Below are positions 46,381 through 57,111 of a stretch of 64,000 bases of DNA, piece after piece. Under the pieces are notes generated by a model that worked only from the letters and a program-made list of their open reading frames with translations, did not search any database and was not told where the DNA came from. This stretch comes from Nannocystis sp. SCPEA4 (GTDB lineage: Bacteria; Myxococcota_A; Polyangia; Nannocystales; Nannocystaceae). The stretch's first letter is position 1; each line of letters opens with the position of its first letter. Location: positions 12,752 to 76,751 of the forward strand of contig NZ_JAPNJX010000001.1 of assembly GCF_026626685.1 (NCBI RefSeq), in the 5' to 3' direction. A program made the position numbers and the translations under genes.

Positions 46381-47168
46381 GCGCGCTCGCCTTCACCGTC
46401 CGCGGCCTCGGCTTCTGGGCCCCCGGCTACCCCGACCTCGCCGCCTGGAAGGCCCGCCTCGACGCCTGTCCCGAAGACCAGAGTGCCACGCCGAAGGCCG
46501 AGCTCTTGCCGCCGATGATGCGCCGGCGCACCAGCCTGCTCACCCGCATGGCCGCCGAGGTCGCGGCCCAGGCCCTGCGCGCCGGCGGCCTCGATGCGAC
46601 CGGCGCCACCCTCGTCTACGGCTCCGTTTACGGCGAGATCCGCACCACCCTCGACCTCCTGGCCGCCCTCCTCGTCGCCGGCGAGCCGCTGTCGCCGACC
46701 AAATTCCACAACAGCGTCCACAACACCGCGGCAGGCTACGTCTCGATCGCCACCGGCAGCCGGGCCGGCAACGCCGCCCTCTCGGCCGGCCGCTCCACCC
46801 TCGCCATGGGCCTGCTCGAGTGCGCCGCGCTCGTCGCCGCCGGCGAGGGCGACGTCGTGCTCGTCCTCGCCGAGGAGCCCCTGCCCGAGCCGCTGGCCGC
46901 CGGCCGCCGCTGGGGCCCGTTCGCCGCCGCCTTCGCCCTGTCGGCGCCTGGCTCTTCGGACATGCCCGTGACGACATGTCGCCTGGAACAGGGCCCCAAC
47001 GACATGTCCCTCGCGCCAGCACGTCCCGCGCCGGCGTGGCTGGCCGACAGCCCGTGCGCCGCCGCGCTCGCGCTGGTCGACGCCCTCGCCGCCGGCGCCC
47101 CGGGCCGCGTCGCCCTCGAGCCGCACCTCGCCGCCGGCTGGCAGTGCGCGCTGGGGGCGGGGGCATGA
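46377..47168 (+). CDS. KS-like chain-length-factor-type protein (no active-site Cys)
   Basis: 263 aa thiolase-like N-terminal half (TKFHNSVHNTAAGYVSIATGS). ATGA overlap with the KS gene. Confidence 0.65.
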   Translation: MSALAFTVRGLGFWAPGYPDLAAWKARLDACPEDQSATPKAELLPPMMRRRTSLLTRMAAEVAAQALRAGGLDATGATLVYGSVYGEIRTTLDLLAALLVAGEPLSPTKFHNSVHNTAAGYVSIATGSRAGNAALSAGRSTLAMGLLECAALVAAGEGDVVLVLAEEPLPEPLAAGRRWGPFAAAFALSAPGSSDMPVTTCRLEQGPNDMSLAPARPAPAWLADSPCAAALALVDALAAGAPGRVALEPHLAAGWQCALGAGA

Positions 47169-47599
47169 CCGCCGCGTTCGCGCCGGTGGCCGAGCTGGTC
47201 CCGCAGCGCCCGCCGATGCTGCTCGTCGACGAGGTCCTCGCCGCCGACGACGACGCCATCACCTGCGCCGCCGTCGTCCGCCCCGACAACCTGTTCGCCG
47301 TCGCCGGCCGCGTGCACGCCTCCGTCGTGCTCGAGTACATGGCCCAGGCGATCGCCGCGTTCGCCGGCCTGCGCGCGCGCGCCGACGGTCAGCCGCCCGC
47401 GCTCGGCATGATCGCCGCCTGCCGCAGCCTCGAGCTGCACGCCGAGCACCTCGCCGTCGGCGACGCGCTGCAGATCGTCGCCACCCGCGTGTTCGCCGGC
47501 GCCATGGCCGAGTACCAGGCCGTCGTCACCCGCCGCGGCGAGCCGTTCGCCGAGGCCGTCCTTCACGTCGTCACCACCGCCCCCGGGAGCCCCGCATGA
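47165..47599 (+). CDS. hotdog-fold 3-hydroxyacyl-ACP dehydratase-like protein
   Basis: 144 aa with FabA/FabZ/ApeP-like length and hydrophobic pattern. ATGA overlaps on both sides. Confidence 0.6.
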   Translation: MTAAFAPVAELVPQRPPMLLVDEVLAADDDAITCAAVVRPDNLFAVAGRVHASVVLEYMAQAIAAFAGLRARADGQPPALGMIAACRSLELHAEHLAVGDALQIVATRVFAGAMAEYQAVVTRRGEPFAEAVLHVVTTAPGSPA

Positions 47600-48318
47600 A
47601 GCCGCGCGCCCTCGTCACCGGCGCCAGTCGAGGGATCGGCGCCGCGATCGCCGAAGCCCTCGCGGCCGCCGGCCACCCGATCGTCCTCAACTACCGCAGC
47701 GACGACGCCGCCGCCGAGGCCGTCGCCGCCAGGATCCGCCAGGCGGGCGGCGAGGTCGTCCTCAGCCGCTTCGACGTCGGCGACGACGCGGCGGCCGACG
47801 CCGCCATGGCCGCGATCCTGGCCGATCCGCGGCCCCTCGGCGTCGTCGTCAACAACGCCGGCATCGCCCGCGACGCCCCGTTCCCCGCGCTCGAGCGGGC
47901 CGACTGGGAAGCTGTCCTTCGGACCAGCCTCGGCGGCTTCTACAACGTCACCCGGCCGGTGATCATGCCGATGGTGCGACGCAAGTGGGGCCGGATCATC
48001 ACCATGAGTTCGGTCTCGGCGCAGATCGGCAACCGGGGGCAGGTCGCCTACGCCGCAGCCAAGGCCGGCGTCATCGGCGCGACGAAATCGCTTGCGCTCG
48101 AGCTCGCCCGCAAGGGCGTCACCGTCAACGCCGTCGCCCCCGGCCTCGTCGACACCGACATGATCAAGGACGTCCCGCTCGAGCACGTCATGCCGCGGAT
48201 CCCCGCCCAGCGGCTCGGCACCGCCCGCGAGGTCGCCGCGCTGGTCGCCTTCCTCGCCACCGACGAAGCCGCGTACGTCACCGGTCAGGTGATCGGTGTC
48301 AACGGCGGCATGGTATGA
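47596..48318 (+). CDS. fabG: 3-oxoacyl-ACP reductase (SDR family)
   Basis: TGASRGIG, NNAG and YAAAKAG catalytic motifs. Confidence 0.9.
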   Translation: MKPRALVTGASRGIGAAIAEALAAAGHPIVLNYRSDDAAAEAVAARIRQAGGEVVLSRFDVGDDAAADAAMAAILADPRPLGVVVNNAGIARDAPFPALERADWEAVLRTSLGGFYNVTRPVIMPMVRRKWGRIITMSSVSAQIGNRGQVAYAAAKAGVIGATKSLALELARKGVTVNAVAPGLVDTDMIKDVPLEHVMPRIPAQRLGTAREVAALVAFLATDEAAYVTGQVIGVNGGMV

Positions 48319-48325
48319 CGCGGTC

Positions 48326-49525
48326 ATGCACGACGTCGTGATCGTCGGCGCCGGCCCAGCCGGTTCGACCGCCGCCAACTTGCTCGCCCAGGCCGGCGTC
48401 CGCGCGCTCGCGCTCGACAAGGACGTCTTCCCGCGGTTTCACATCGGCGAGTCGCTGCTGCCGATCGACCTGCCGATCTTCGCCCGCCTCGGCGTCGCCA
48501 TGGATCGCTCGCGCTGGCAGTACAAGCAGGGCGCCGAGTTCATCGACGAGCGCACCGGCGAGTTCGCTTTCTTCAGCTTCGCCGACGGCCTCGACGGCAC
48601 GCCGCCGCACGCCTGGCAGGTCGACCGCGCCGCCTTCGACACCATGCTCGCCGACCTCGCGGTCTCCCGCGGCGCCGACATCCGCTTCGGCGAGCGCGTC
48701 ACTGACATCGAGTTCGCCGACGATCACGTCCGCGTCGTCACCGACCGCGGCGAGCACCGGGCCCGCTTCCTCCTCGACTGCACCGGTCAGGACGCCATGC
48801 TCGGCCGCGGCGCCCGCACGATCGCCCCGCTGCACGAGCTCGGGCGCGCCGCCGTCTTCTGTCACTTCGACGGCCTCGCGCCCGACGTGCAGGCCGAGCT
48901 CGGCGAGCAGGGCAACATCAAGGTCCTGATCGTCGAGGACGGCTGGCACTGGCTGATCCCGATGCACGGCGGCCGGCTCAGCGTCGGCCTCGTCAAGTGG
49001 CGCGGCAAGCTCGACGACGACGCCTTCGAGGCCGCCCTCGCCGCCTCGCCGCTGTGTCGGCGGCTCACCGCCGGGGCCACGCGCAGCGCCTCGCGGACGA
49101 TCCGCAACTGGAGCTACAAGAACACCCGCCCCTCCGGTCCGCGCTGGGCCTGCGTCGGCGACGCCTGCGCCTTCCTCGACCCGGTGTTCTCGTCGGGCGT
49201 TTCGCTGGCGATGTTGGGCGCCGAGCGGACCGTCGACCTCCTCGTCCCGGCCCTCGCCGCCGGACGCGAGGCCGACCCCGATCTCATGGCTCCCGTCCAC
49301 GCCACCATGCAGATCGCCTACGACAGCTTCGAACAGCTGATCCGCCGCTTTTACCACACGCGCCTCGTCTCCCACCTGTTCTTCGCCCGCACACCCGACC
49401 CGCAGCTGCGCCGTGGCCTCATCAGCATGCTCGCCGGCGACGTCTGGCGCGACGACAACCCGTTTCAGGACATGCTCCGCGGGTCACGCGTCCAGCCGCA
49501 GCGGGTGGCGAAGCCGGACGAGTGA
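48326..49525 (+). CDS. flavin-dependent halogenase (tryptophan-halogenase family FAD monooxygenase)
   Basis: VVIVGAGPAGS dinucleotide fold, the diagnostic GWHWLIP (GWxWxIP) motif, and FLDPVFSSGVSLA. Confidence 0.78.
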   Translation: MHDVVIVGAGPAGSTAANLLAQAGVRALALDKDVFPRFHIGESLLPIDLPIFARLGVAMDRSRWQYKQGAEFIDERTGEFAFFSFADGLDGTPPHAWQVDRAAFDTMLADLAVSRGADIRFGERVTDIEFADDHVRVVTDRGEHRARFLLDCTGQDAMLGRGARTIAPLHELGRAAVFCHFDGLAPDVQAELGEQGNIKVLIVEDGWHWLIPMHGGRLSVGLVKWRGKLDDDAFEAALAASPLCRRLTAGATRSASRTIRNWSYKNTRPSGPRWACVGDACAFLDPVFSSGVSLAMLGAERTVDLLVPALAAGREADPDLMAPVHATMQIAYDSFEQLIRRFYHTRLVSHLFFARTPDPQLRRGLISMLAGDVWRDDNPFQDMLRGSRVQPQRVAKPDE

Positions 49526-49605
49526 CTGCAGCTCTTGTAAGCTAGATCGCAATTTTGGCAATACGCCGCCCCCTGAACGGGCTCGGGCTCCAGGGTGGTT
49601 GCGTG

Positions 49606-49618
49606 TGCAATCATTGCA
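49606..49618. promoter_or_regulatory. perfect palindrome TGCAAT-C-ATTGCA upstream of fibrinogen-like lipoprotein gene
   Basis: Read directly. Sits in a locally AT-enriched spacer. A second TTGCAAT-like half-site lies about 55 bp upstream. Confidence 0.45.
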
Positions 49619-49665
49619 ATTTCACGCTTCCCATTGTTCCCTGACTCGCACAGGGAACGAGTCGC

Positions 49666-50907
49666 ATGCACGAACGGATCCTTCCTCGCATCCGGGTCGG
49701 GGTCGCCGGGCGTATGGGCGGCGGGGTGCTGGCCGTGGCGCTCGCAGGCTGCCTCGATCGCAACGCCGGACTGGACGATCCGACCGTCGTCGAGCCCTCG
49801 ACCGGCGACAGCAGCAGCAGCAGCAGCGGCTCGACCACCGTCCCCGGCATCATGACCACCACGGTCGACTCGGGTCACGGCGGCAGTGACAGCGACGGCA
49901 CCACCGCCGAGCCTGTGCCCGAGCCGTGCGGCAACGGCAAGATCGACCCGCCCGAGCTGTGCGACCAGGGCGAGGCCAACTCCGACGCGGGCGAGTGCAC
50001 CCTCGCCTGTCGCTGGAACGTGTGCGGCGACGGCCGTGTCCACGCCGGCGACGAGGCCTGCGACGACGGCCCCGACAACGGCAAGTACGGCCACTGCGAC
50101 ATGAACTGCGACGGCCCGGCCGAGCGCTGCGGCGACCTCTCGGTGCAGACCGACGAGGGCGAGCTGTGCGACGAGAACGACCCGCACTTCGCCTGCCTCA
50201 AGGAGTGCACGTGGGCGACCTCGTGCACCAACATCAAGGCCAGCTGGGGCGACGAGGCGACCACCGGCATCTACCTCATCCGCCGCATGAGCCAGTTCTT
50301 GACCGTCTGGTGTGACATGGACGCCGACGGCGGCGGCTACACCTTCATCAAGTACGCCTCGGGCACCGTGCTCGACGACCACAACGACCCGGAGTACCCG
50401 TTCAGTCCGATCTACCTCTCGGCCCTGCAGGCCGAGCAGAAGTGCGGCTACTGGGGCTTGCGCCTGTTCGCCCCGCGCAGCCCCGAGCACCTCGCGGCCG
50501 CGGTCGGGGCCGCGAACGCCAAGCAGTTCGCCCCGATCCAGAAAGACACCCTGTTCCCGCCGTATCCGGAGATCGACAGCGACGTCGAGGGCTACCTGTC
50601 GATCATGGGCGTCTATCCGGTCACGCCCGGCACGAGCTGCGTCGGCAAGGCGCTCAACAGCGAGGCCTGCCCCGAGTGGGCCATACGGCCCGATCCTCTG
50701 CAACCCGACGTCGTCCTGCCCTACTGGGTCAGCGACAAGCCGATCGCCGGCCAGCCCGGCACCAACAACTGCGCCGACTGCTCGCTCTACTACCAGTGGA
50801 ACAAGCTCGCCCAGCCGCCCGTCATCACCGGCTACCTGGCGCTCAAGAACGCCACCAGCGCGCACTTCCTGTGCGAGCTCGGCGACAAGCTCGGCCCCCC
50901 GGGCTGA
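49666..50907 (+). CDS. lipoprotein with Myxococcus cysteine-rich repeats and a C-terminal fibrinogen-related (FReD) domain
   Basis: Lipobox LAVALAGC. CGNGxxDxxExCDxG / CGDGxxxxGExCDDG repeats. C-terminal WCDMDADGGGYTFIKY is close to the fibrinogen C-domain signature. Confidence 0.7.
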   Translation: MHERILPRIRVGVAGRMGGGVLAVALAGCLDRNAGLDDPTVVEPSTGDSSSSSSGSTTVPGIMTTTVDSGHGGSDSDGTTAEPVPEPCGNGKIDPPELCDQGEANSDAGECTLACRWNVCGDGRVHAGDEACDDGPDNGKYGHCDMNCDGPAERCGDLSVQTDEGELCDENDPHFACLKECTWATSCTNIKASWGDEATTGIYLIRRMSQFLTVWCDMDADGGGYTFIKYASGTVLDDHNDPEYPFSPIYLSALQAEQKCGYWGLRLFAPRSPEHLAAAVGAANAKQFAPIQKDTLFPPYPEIDSDVEGYLSIMGVYPVTPGTSCVGKALNSEACPEWAIRPDPLQPDVVLPYWVSDKPIAGQPGTNNCADCSLYYQWNKLAQPPVITGYLALKNATSAHFLCELGDKLGPPG

Positions 50908-51066
50908 GCCGCTGAGGCTGCTCGATCGAGCATGTCCTCTCGGTCAGCCGTCTCCGAGCCCGTCACTCGGGTGGAAGATCACGCAGCATCCGCAGCGGCG
51001 GGCCATCGGTCGCGGCGCAGGCCCGCGAGCGCCAGTCGAGCTCGAGGTTGGGCGACCCTGCGCCGC

Positions 51067-51663
51067 TCAGCCGAGCGCCAGCGTCTCGAGCAGTTCCACC
51101 ACCTCCGCGAGCGGCAGCCCGACCACGTTGGTGTAGCTGCCCTCGATCCGGCGCACCAGGCCCGCCGCCGCGCCCTGGATCCCGTAGGCGCCGGCCTTGT
51201 CGCGCCACTCCTCCGTGTCGAGGTAGCGATCGATCTGCGCCGGCGTCAGCGGCCGGAACCACACCGTCGTCGTCACCGCGAACGGGTGCCAGCGGACCTC
51301 GGGCCCGCGGGCGTCGGCGACCGCCACCGCCGTCGTCGTGAAGTGCGAGCGCCCGGCCAGGCGCGTCAGCATCGCGGCCGCCTCCGCCCGGTCGGCCGCC
51401 TTGGCCAGCGGCTCGATCTGTCCTTCGAGCCAGACCGTCGTGTCGGCCGCCAGCACCACCACACCTGGCCGCAAGGCCAGCTCCGCCTTGGCCCGCGCGA
51501 CCCGCTCGACGTACCTCGGCGGCGGCTCGTCGGGGAACCACGTCTCGTCGCAGTCGACCGGCGCGCGCGTGAACGCGATCCCGGCCGAGCGGAGCAGCTC
51601 GGCGCGACGCGGCGACGCCGACGCGAGGACGAGGATCGAGGAGGGCTGCGGCTGTCCGGACAT
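51067..51663 (-). CDS. maf: Maf-like nucleoside triphosphate pyrophosphatase
   Basis: LASASPRR, LAADT and AYGIQG motifs. Confidence 0.85.
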   Translation of the reverse strand: MSGQPQPSSILVLASASPRRAELLRSAGIAFTRAPVDCDETWFPDEPPPRYVERVARAKAELALRPGVVVLAADTTVWLEGQIEPLAKAADRAEAAAMLTRLAGRSHFTTTAVAVADARGPEVRWHPFAVTTTVWFRPLTPAQIDRYLDTEEWRDKAGAYGIQGAAAGLVRRIEGSYTNVVGLPLAEVVELLETLALG

Positions 51664-52096
51664 GGCCCGCGGATCTGCCGGATCGGCGGCCCGCGTGCAA
51701 CCGCCGCGGCAGCCGCACCTCGACGTCATGCGGCCTCGCGGGCGCGAACAGCTCCTCGGCACCCGCGAACGGCTCCCGCCCTCTGCGCTCCTGTTCGCGT
51801 CACGGGTGAACCTCTTCGTCCGCGCAGCGACGCCACTGCTCGCCTCGGCGGCGCCCAACTCACCGCGCCCCCGTCGCGCCGCGCCGCCCGGCCGATGTTC
51901 CGCGCAGCTTTCGCGGCGGCGCGCAAACTCGCTGCGCTCCCGTCACTTCGCGCCGCCCGGCCGATGTTCCGCGCAGCCTTCGCGTCGGCACGCCGGATCT
52001 CCGCGCAAGCGGCCGCTGCCGTGACGCGCGGCCGTTCACGCCGGCCCGGCGTCCGCACCTCCGGGCCGTGCGGCCGCGCGTGCTACCATCCCGGGC

Positions 52097-52978
52097 ATGC
52101 GGCGCCCCTTCTGTCTCTCGAGCGTCTACCTCCTCGCGGTCCTCGCGCTGTCGGCCCCGTTCATCACCGCCTCGCCGCTCGCGCCCCCCGAGTCTGTCCC
52201 CGAGGACAGCTGTGCGATCGAGGCCGTCGACCCCGCGCTGCTCGGCGTGTGGCACCGCTTCGACGCCCTCGCCGAGGGCGACCGCATGCGCTTCTGGTTC
52301 TTCCACGAGGGCGGCTTCGGCCTCTACCGCTACGGCAAGGTCGGCCTGACCAACACCCACAGCTTCGACTACAGCGCCCAGGGCGGCGTCCTCGAGCTGA
52401 CCTTCCGCAAGACCGGCGAGCGCCGGCGCGTCCCCTACCGCCTCGAGGAAGGCGGCGGCCGCACCTGGTTGGTCCTCGACGACGACCCGCGCGAGGCCGG
52501 CGGCGCCCGCTACTTCAAAGCCCCGGCGGCGGCCACCGGCGCTCCCTGCTTCGATGTCCCCGAGGACATGCCCCGAGCGACAGGTTCCGAAGGACCTGTC
52601 CTCTCGGCCAGCGACAGGATCGGCGGGCGGCTGTGGGGCGAGGAGGTCCGCTACGCCACCGGCGGCATGGGCTTCTCGATCTACCAGCTGCAGCCGCAGG
52701 CGATCGACGGCCGCGGCGTCGGCTGGCACCACCGCGGCGACTACGACGAGTGGACCACCGAGACCCTCACCTACCGCCAGCGCGGCGACCGGCTGGCGCT
52801 GTCGTTCCCGCTGCGCCACGACGGCCTCGAGACCGCGATCACCGTCACCGGCACCGGCGACGACCGCACGCTCCACCTGGCCGAGGACCCGCGCGACTTC
52901 TGGCGCGCCCACACCTACCGCGACATGGGCCCGACCTTCGCCGGCGCCGCCGCCCCGGCCGCCTGCCTGCCGCAGTAG
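52097..52978 (+). CDS. hypothetical secreted protein with two related halves
   Basis: Signal peptide. The two halves are joined by a segment encoded by a GGACATG/CCTGTCC repeat unit (FDVPEDMPRATGSEGPVLS). Confidence 0.5.
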   Translation: MRRPFCLSSVYLLAVLALSAPFITASPLAPPESVPEDSCAIEAVDPALLGVWHRFDALAEGDRMRFWFFHEGGFGLYRYGKVGLTNTHSFDYSAQGGVLELTFRKTGERRRVPYRLEEGGGRTWLVLDDDPREAGGARYFKAPAAATGAPCFDVPEDMPRATGSEGPVLSASDRIGGRLWGEEVRYATGGMGFSIYQLQPQAIDGRGVGWHHRGDYDEWTTETLTYRQRGDRLALSFPLRHDGLETAITVTGTGDDRTLHLAEDPRDFWRAHTYRDMGPTFAGAAAPAACLPQ

Positions 52979-53026
52979 CCGCCGGCCGCTTTTTAAACCT
53001 GCTCTTTCGCACCTATCCCGAGTCAC

Positions 53027-53758
53027 ATGTCCTTGGAGCCAGACGACATCGCCGCCAACCTCGCCGCCGTGCGCGCGCGGATCGCCGCCGCCGTGGCTCG
53101 CCGCGGCCCCGGCCTCGAGCCGATCCTGATCGGCGTCGGCAAGAAGCAGCCCGCCGACGCCGTGATCGCGGCCCGCCGCGCCGGCCTCGGCGACTTCGGC
53201 GAGAACTACGCCCAGGAGCTGGTCGCCAAGGCCGAGGTCGTCGCCGCCGCCGTCGTCCCGCCGCGCTGGCACTTCATCGGCCCGCTGCAGACCAACAAGG
53301 TCCGCAAGGTCGTCGGCGTCGGCGCGCTGGTCCACACCGTCGACCGGCCCGCCCTCGTCGACGAGCTCGCCCGCGAGGTCGCCCGTCTGCGGGCCGGTCG
53401 CGGCGCCACCACCCCGCTCGAGATCCTGGTCGAGGTCAACGTCGGCGACGAGGCGCAGAAGGCCGGCGTCAGCGCGGCCGAGCTGCCTGCGCTGCTCGAC
53501 CTCGTCGCCACCCGCCCCGAGCTGCGCTGCGTCGGCCTCATGGCGATCCCGCCCGAGGGCGAGCCGGAGCAGACCCGGCCGTACTTCGCCCGCCTGCGCG
53601 AGCTGGCCCGCCGCGAAGCCGCAGTGGCCCGCCCCGGCGTCGAGCTGGTCCACCTGTCGATGGGCATGAGCTCCGACTTCGAGGTCGCGATCGAGGAAGG
53701 CGCGACCATGATCCGCGTCGGCACCGCGATCTTCGGCCCCCGCCCGCCGCGCGTCTGA
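53027..53758 (+). CDS. yggS: YggS-family PLP homeostasis protein
   Basis: PLP-lysine context GVGKKQP, and HFIGPLQTNK. Confidence 0.88.
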   Translation: MSLEPDDIAANLAAVRARIAAAVARRGPGLEPILIGVGKKQPADAVIAARRAGLGDFGENYAQELVAKAEVVAAAVVPPRWHFIGPLQTNKVRKVVGVGALVHTVDRPALVDELAREVARLRAGRGATTPLEILVEVNVGDEAQKAGVSAAELPALLDLVATRPELRCVGLMAIPPEGEPEQTRPYFARLRELARREAAVARPGVELVHLSMGMSSDFEVAIEEGATMIRVGTAIFGPRPPRV

Positions 53759-54085
53759 GACCGCCGCATCGGGGATACTTCTTCGAATCGCGCACACCCG
53801 CCGCGGCGCTCCGGTCCTCACCCCCCGCGCCCGCGACTGCACCTCTTCGAAGACCCCGCGCCCAGGGTTGCGTCGCCGCGACCTCGCGCACACAGCGGTG
53901 GCCGCCGCGTCGCTCGCGACCCGGCAGCAGGTTGCACACCGTGAAGCGCCGGCCACCGCCGTGAACACTGGCCGCTTCGCGCTGCGGAACGTCACCGATC
54001 GCGTCGCCATTCTCGCGCCGCCCACCACCTTGTCACGGGCGCCGGCGATCGTGACCGAGGGCAAGCGGCGCGGCGGCCGGCGCCA

Positions 54086-55423
54086 GTGTCTTCGCGCGGC
54101 GCGGCGTGCTATCGCAGGCCCGTGCCCAAGGCACCTCTGCTCGCTCCGCCCGGGCCGCCGACGCTCACCTTCCGCTGGGACGGCGCCGCCGTCGCCGCCT
54201 GTCCCGGCGACACCGTCGCCTCGGCGCTGATCGCCGCCGGCGAGCTCGCCACCAGCCGCAGCGCCAAGTACCGCCGCCTGCGCGGCCCGGCCTGCCTCCA
54301 CGGCGGCTGCGGCACCTGCCTGGTGCGCGTCGACGGTCGGCCCAACCAACGCGCCTGCCTCACGCCTGTCCGCGAGGACATGGTCGTCGAGCCGCAGAAC
54401 ACCTACGGCGGCCTCGACCCGACCGCCCTCGTCGACCAGATCTTCCGCCGCGGCATCGACCACCACCACCTCGTCGTCTACCCCCGGCTCGCCAACCAGA
54501 TGATGCAGGGCGTCGCGCGCGAGCTGGCCGGCTTCGGCGAGCTGCCCGACGCCCCGCCCGACGACGCCGCCGGTCTCTTCGACCATGTCCCCGAGGTCCT
54601 GGTCATCGGGGCAGGTCGCTCCGGGCGCGCGCTCGCGGCCGCCCTCGCCGCCGCCGGGCGCCCGCCGCTGGTCGTCGAGCGCCGGCCCGCCGCCGCCCTG
54701 CCCGCCGCCGGCCGCCCGGCCCACCTGCTCGCCGGCGTCGGCGTGTTCGCCTGCTACCCGCAGGAGCGGCTGTGGGCGGCCGCCTCCGAGCACCCGCCCG
54801 TGCTCCACCGGTTGCGCCCGCGCCACGTCGTGCTGGCCGTCGGCGCCCACGAGCCGACCATCCCGCTGGCCAACAACGACCTCCCCGGGGTCGTCTCGGC
54901 ACGTGGCCTCGCGGACATGCTCGAACAGACAGGTCGCCGCCTGGCCGCGCGCGTCGTCGTCATCGGCGAGGGCCCGCGCGCCGAGCTGCTCGCCGCCGGC
55001 CTCGGCGCCGAGCGGGTCGCCCCGGCGCGCGTGCACAAGCTGCTCGGCGCCCGCCGGGTCAAGGGCGTGCAGCTCGACGACGGCAAGATCCTCCGCTGCG
55101 ACCTCGTCGCCCTCGCCCCCGACCCGGCCCCCGCGTTCGAGCTGGCCGCCCAGGCCGGCGCGCCGATCCGCTTCACCGGGGCCGGCTTCGCCCCCGAGTG
55201 CGACGCCGACGGCCGGATCGCCGCCGGCCCGGCCGCCCACCCGCTCGAGGCCGCCGACGCCCAGACCGCCCCGCCGCCGCCGTGGACCCTGTGGGCCGTC
55301 GGCGAGCTGGCCGGCGCGACCACCCCCGCGGAGATCCAGGCCAGCGTCGACCGCTGCGCCGCCGCCCTCCTGCGCGCGCTCGCCGAGTCACCTGCCCCGA
55401 AGGACAGCCATGCCCGCGCCTGA
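54086..55423 (+). CDS. [2Fe-2S]- and FAD/NAD(P)-binding oxidoreductase subunit (HcnB / opine-oxidase A / sarcosine-oxidase-alpha-like)
   Basis: N-terminal ferredoxin-like Cys cluster (CLHGGCGTCLVRVDGRPNQRAC) followed by two Rossmann motifs (VLVIGAGRSG, VVVIGEGPRA). Confidence 0.75.
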   Translation: MSSRGAACYRRPVPKAPLLAPPGPPTLTFRWDGAAVAACPGDTVASALIAAGELATSRSAKYRRLRGPACLHGGCGTCLVRVDGRPNQRACLTPVREDMVVEPQNTYGGLDPTALVDQIFRRGIDHHHLVVYPRLANQMMQGVARELAGFGELPDAPPDDAAGLFDHVPEVLVIGAGRSGRALAAALAAAGRPPLVVERRPAAALPAAGRPAHLLAGVGVFACYPQERLWAAASEHPPVLHRLRPRHVVLAVGAHEPTIPLANNDLPGVVSARGLADMLEQTGRRLAARVVVIGEGPRAELLAAGLGAERVAPARVHKLLGARRVKGVQLDDGKILRCDLVALAPDPAPAFELAAQAGAPIRFTGAGFAPECDADGRIAAGPAAHPLEAADAQTAPPPPWTLWAVGELAGATTPAEIQASVDRCAAALLRALAESPAPKDSHARA

Positions 55424-55597
55424 GCCGCCGCGCCCGCACCTGTCCTCGCGGACAGCCCCCTCGCGTCCCGCGGCCCGGTCTCGTTCCCACATGTCCCCGC
55501 GGACAGCCCCCTCGCGCGGGCAGGCCCCGTGGTCGCACATGTCCCCGCGGACAGCCCTCTCCTCCCCTTCCGCTCACCCCCGGCTCCGAGGCCAACC
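55424..55597. repeat. three tandem ~45 bp units (acatgtccccgcggacagccccctcgcg...) in the intercistronic spacer
   Basis: Read directly. Each unit contains the ACATGTCC and CGGACAGCC motifs of the window-wide repeat family. Confidence 0.8.
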
Positions 55598-55893
55598 ATG
55601 ACCGCGCGCACCTTCGTCTGTCGCTGCGAGGACGTCACGCTCGGCGAGATCGAGCGGGCGATCGCCGTCGGCCTCGCCGACGTCGAGGAGATCAAGCGCT
55701 ACACCGGCCTCGGCACCGGACCGTGCCAGGGCAAGGAGTGCCTGTCGGCGCTCGGCCGCCTGCTGGTCGCCCGCGGCCTCGTGCCGGCCGCGGCGCTGCG
55801 GCCGTTCACCGCGCGCCCGCCGGTCGAGCCGGTCACCTTCGGCGCCCTCGCGGCCGGCGCCACCGGCCCCGACACTCCGGAGGATCCCTCGCC

Positions 55894-55897
<4 letters not shown>
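55598..55897 (+). CDS. BFD-like [2Fe-2S]-binding small subunit (HcnA/LhpE-like)
   Basis: About 99 aa with CRCEDVTLGEI and GTGPCQGKEC cysteine pairs. ATGA overlap with the next gene. Confidence 0.65.

Positions 55898-57111
<1,214 letters not shown>

Noticed and set aside
50932-53964. 1010-aa plus-strand ORF spanning maf (antisense), the secreted-protein gene and yggS
   Set aside because: Arg/Pro-rich composition. The conserved maf, 52097..52978 and yggS frames explain the region.
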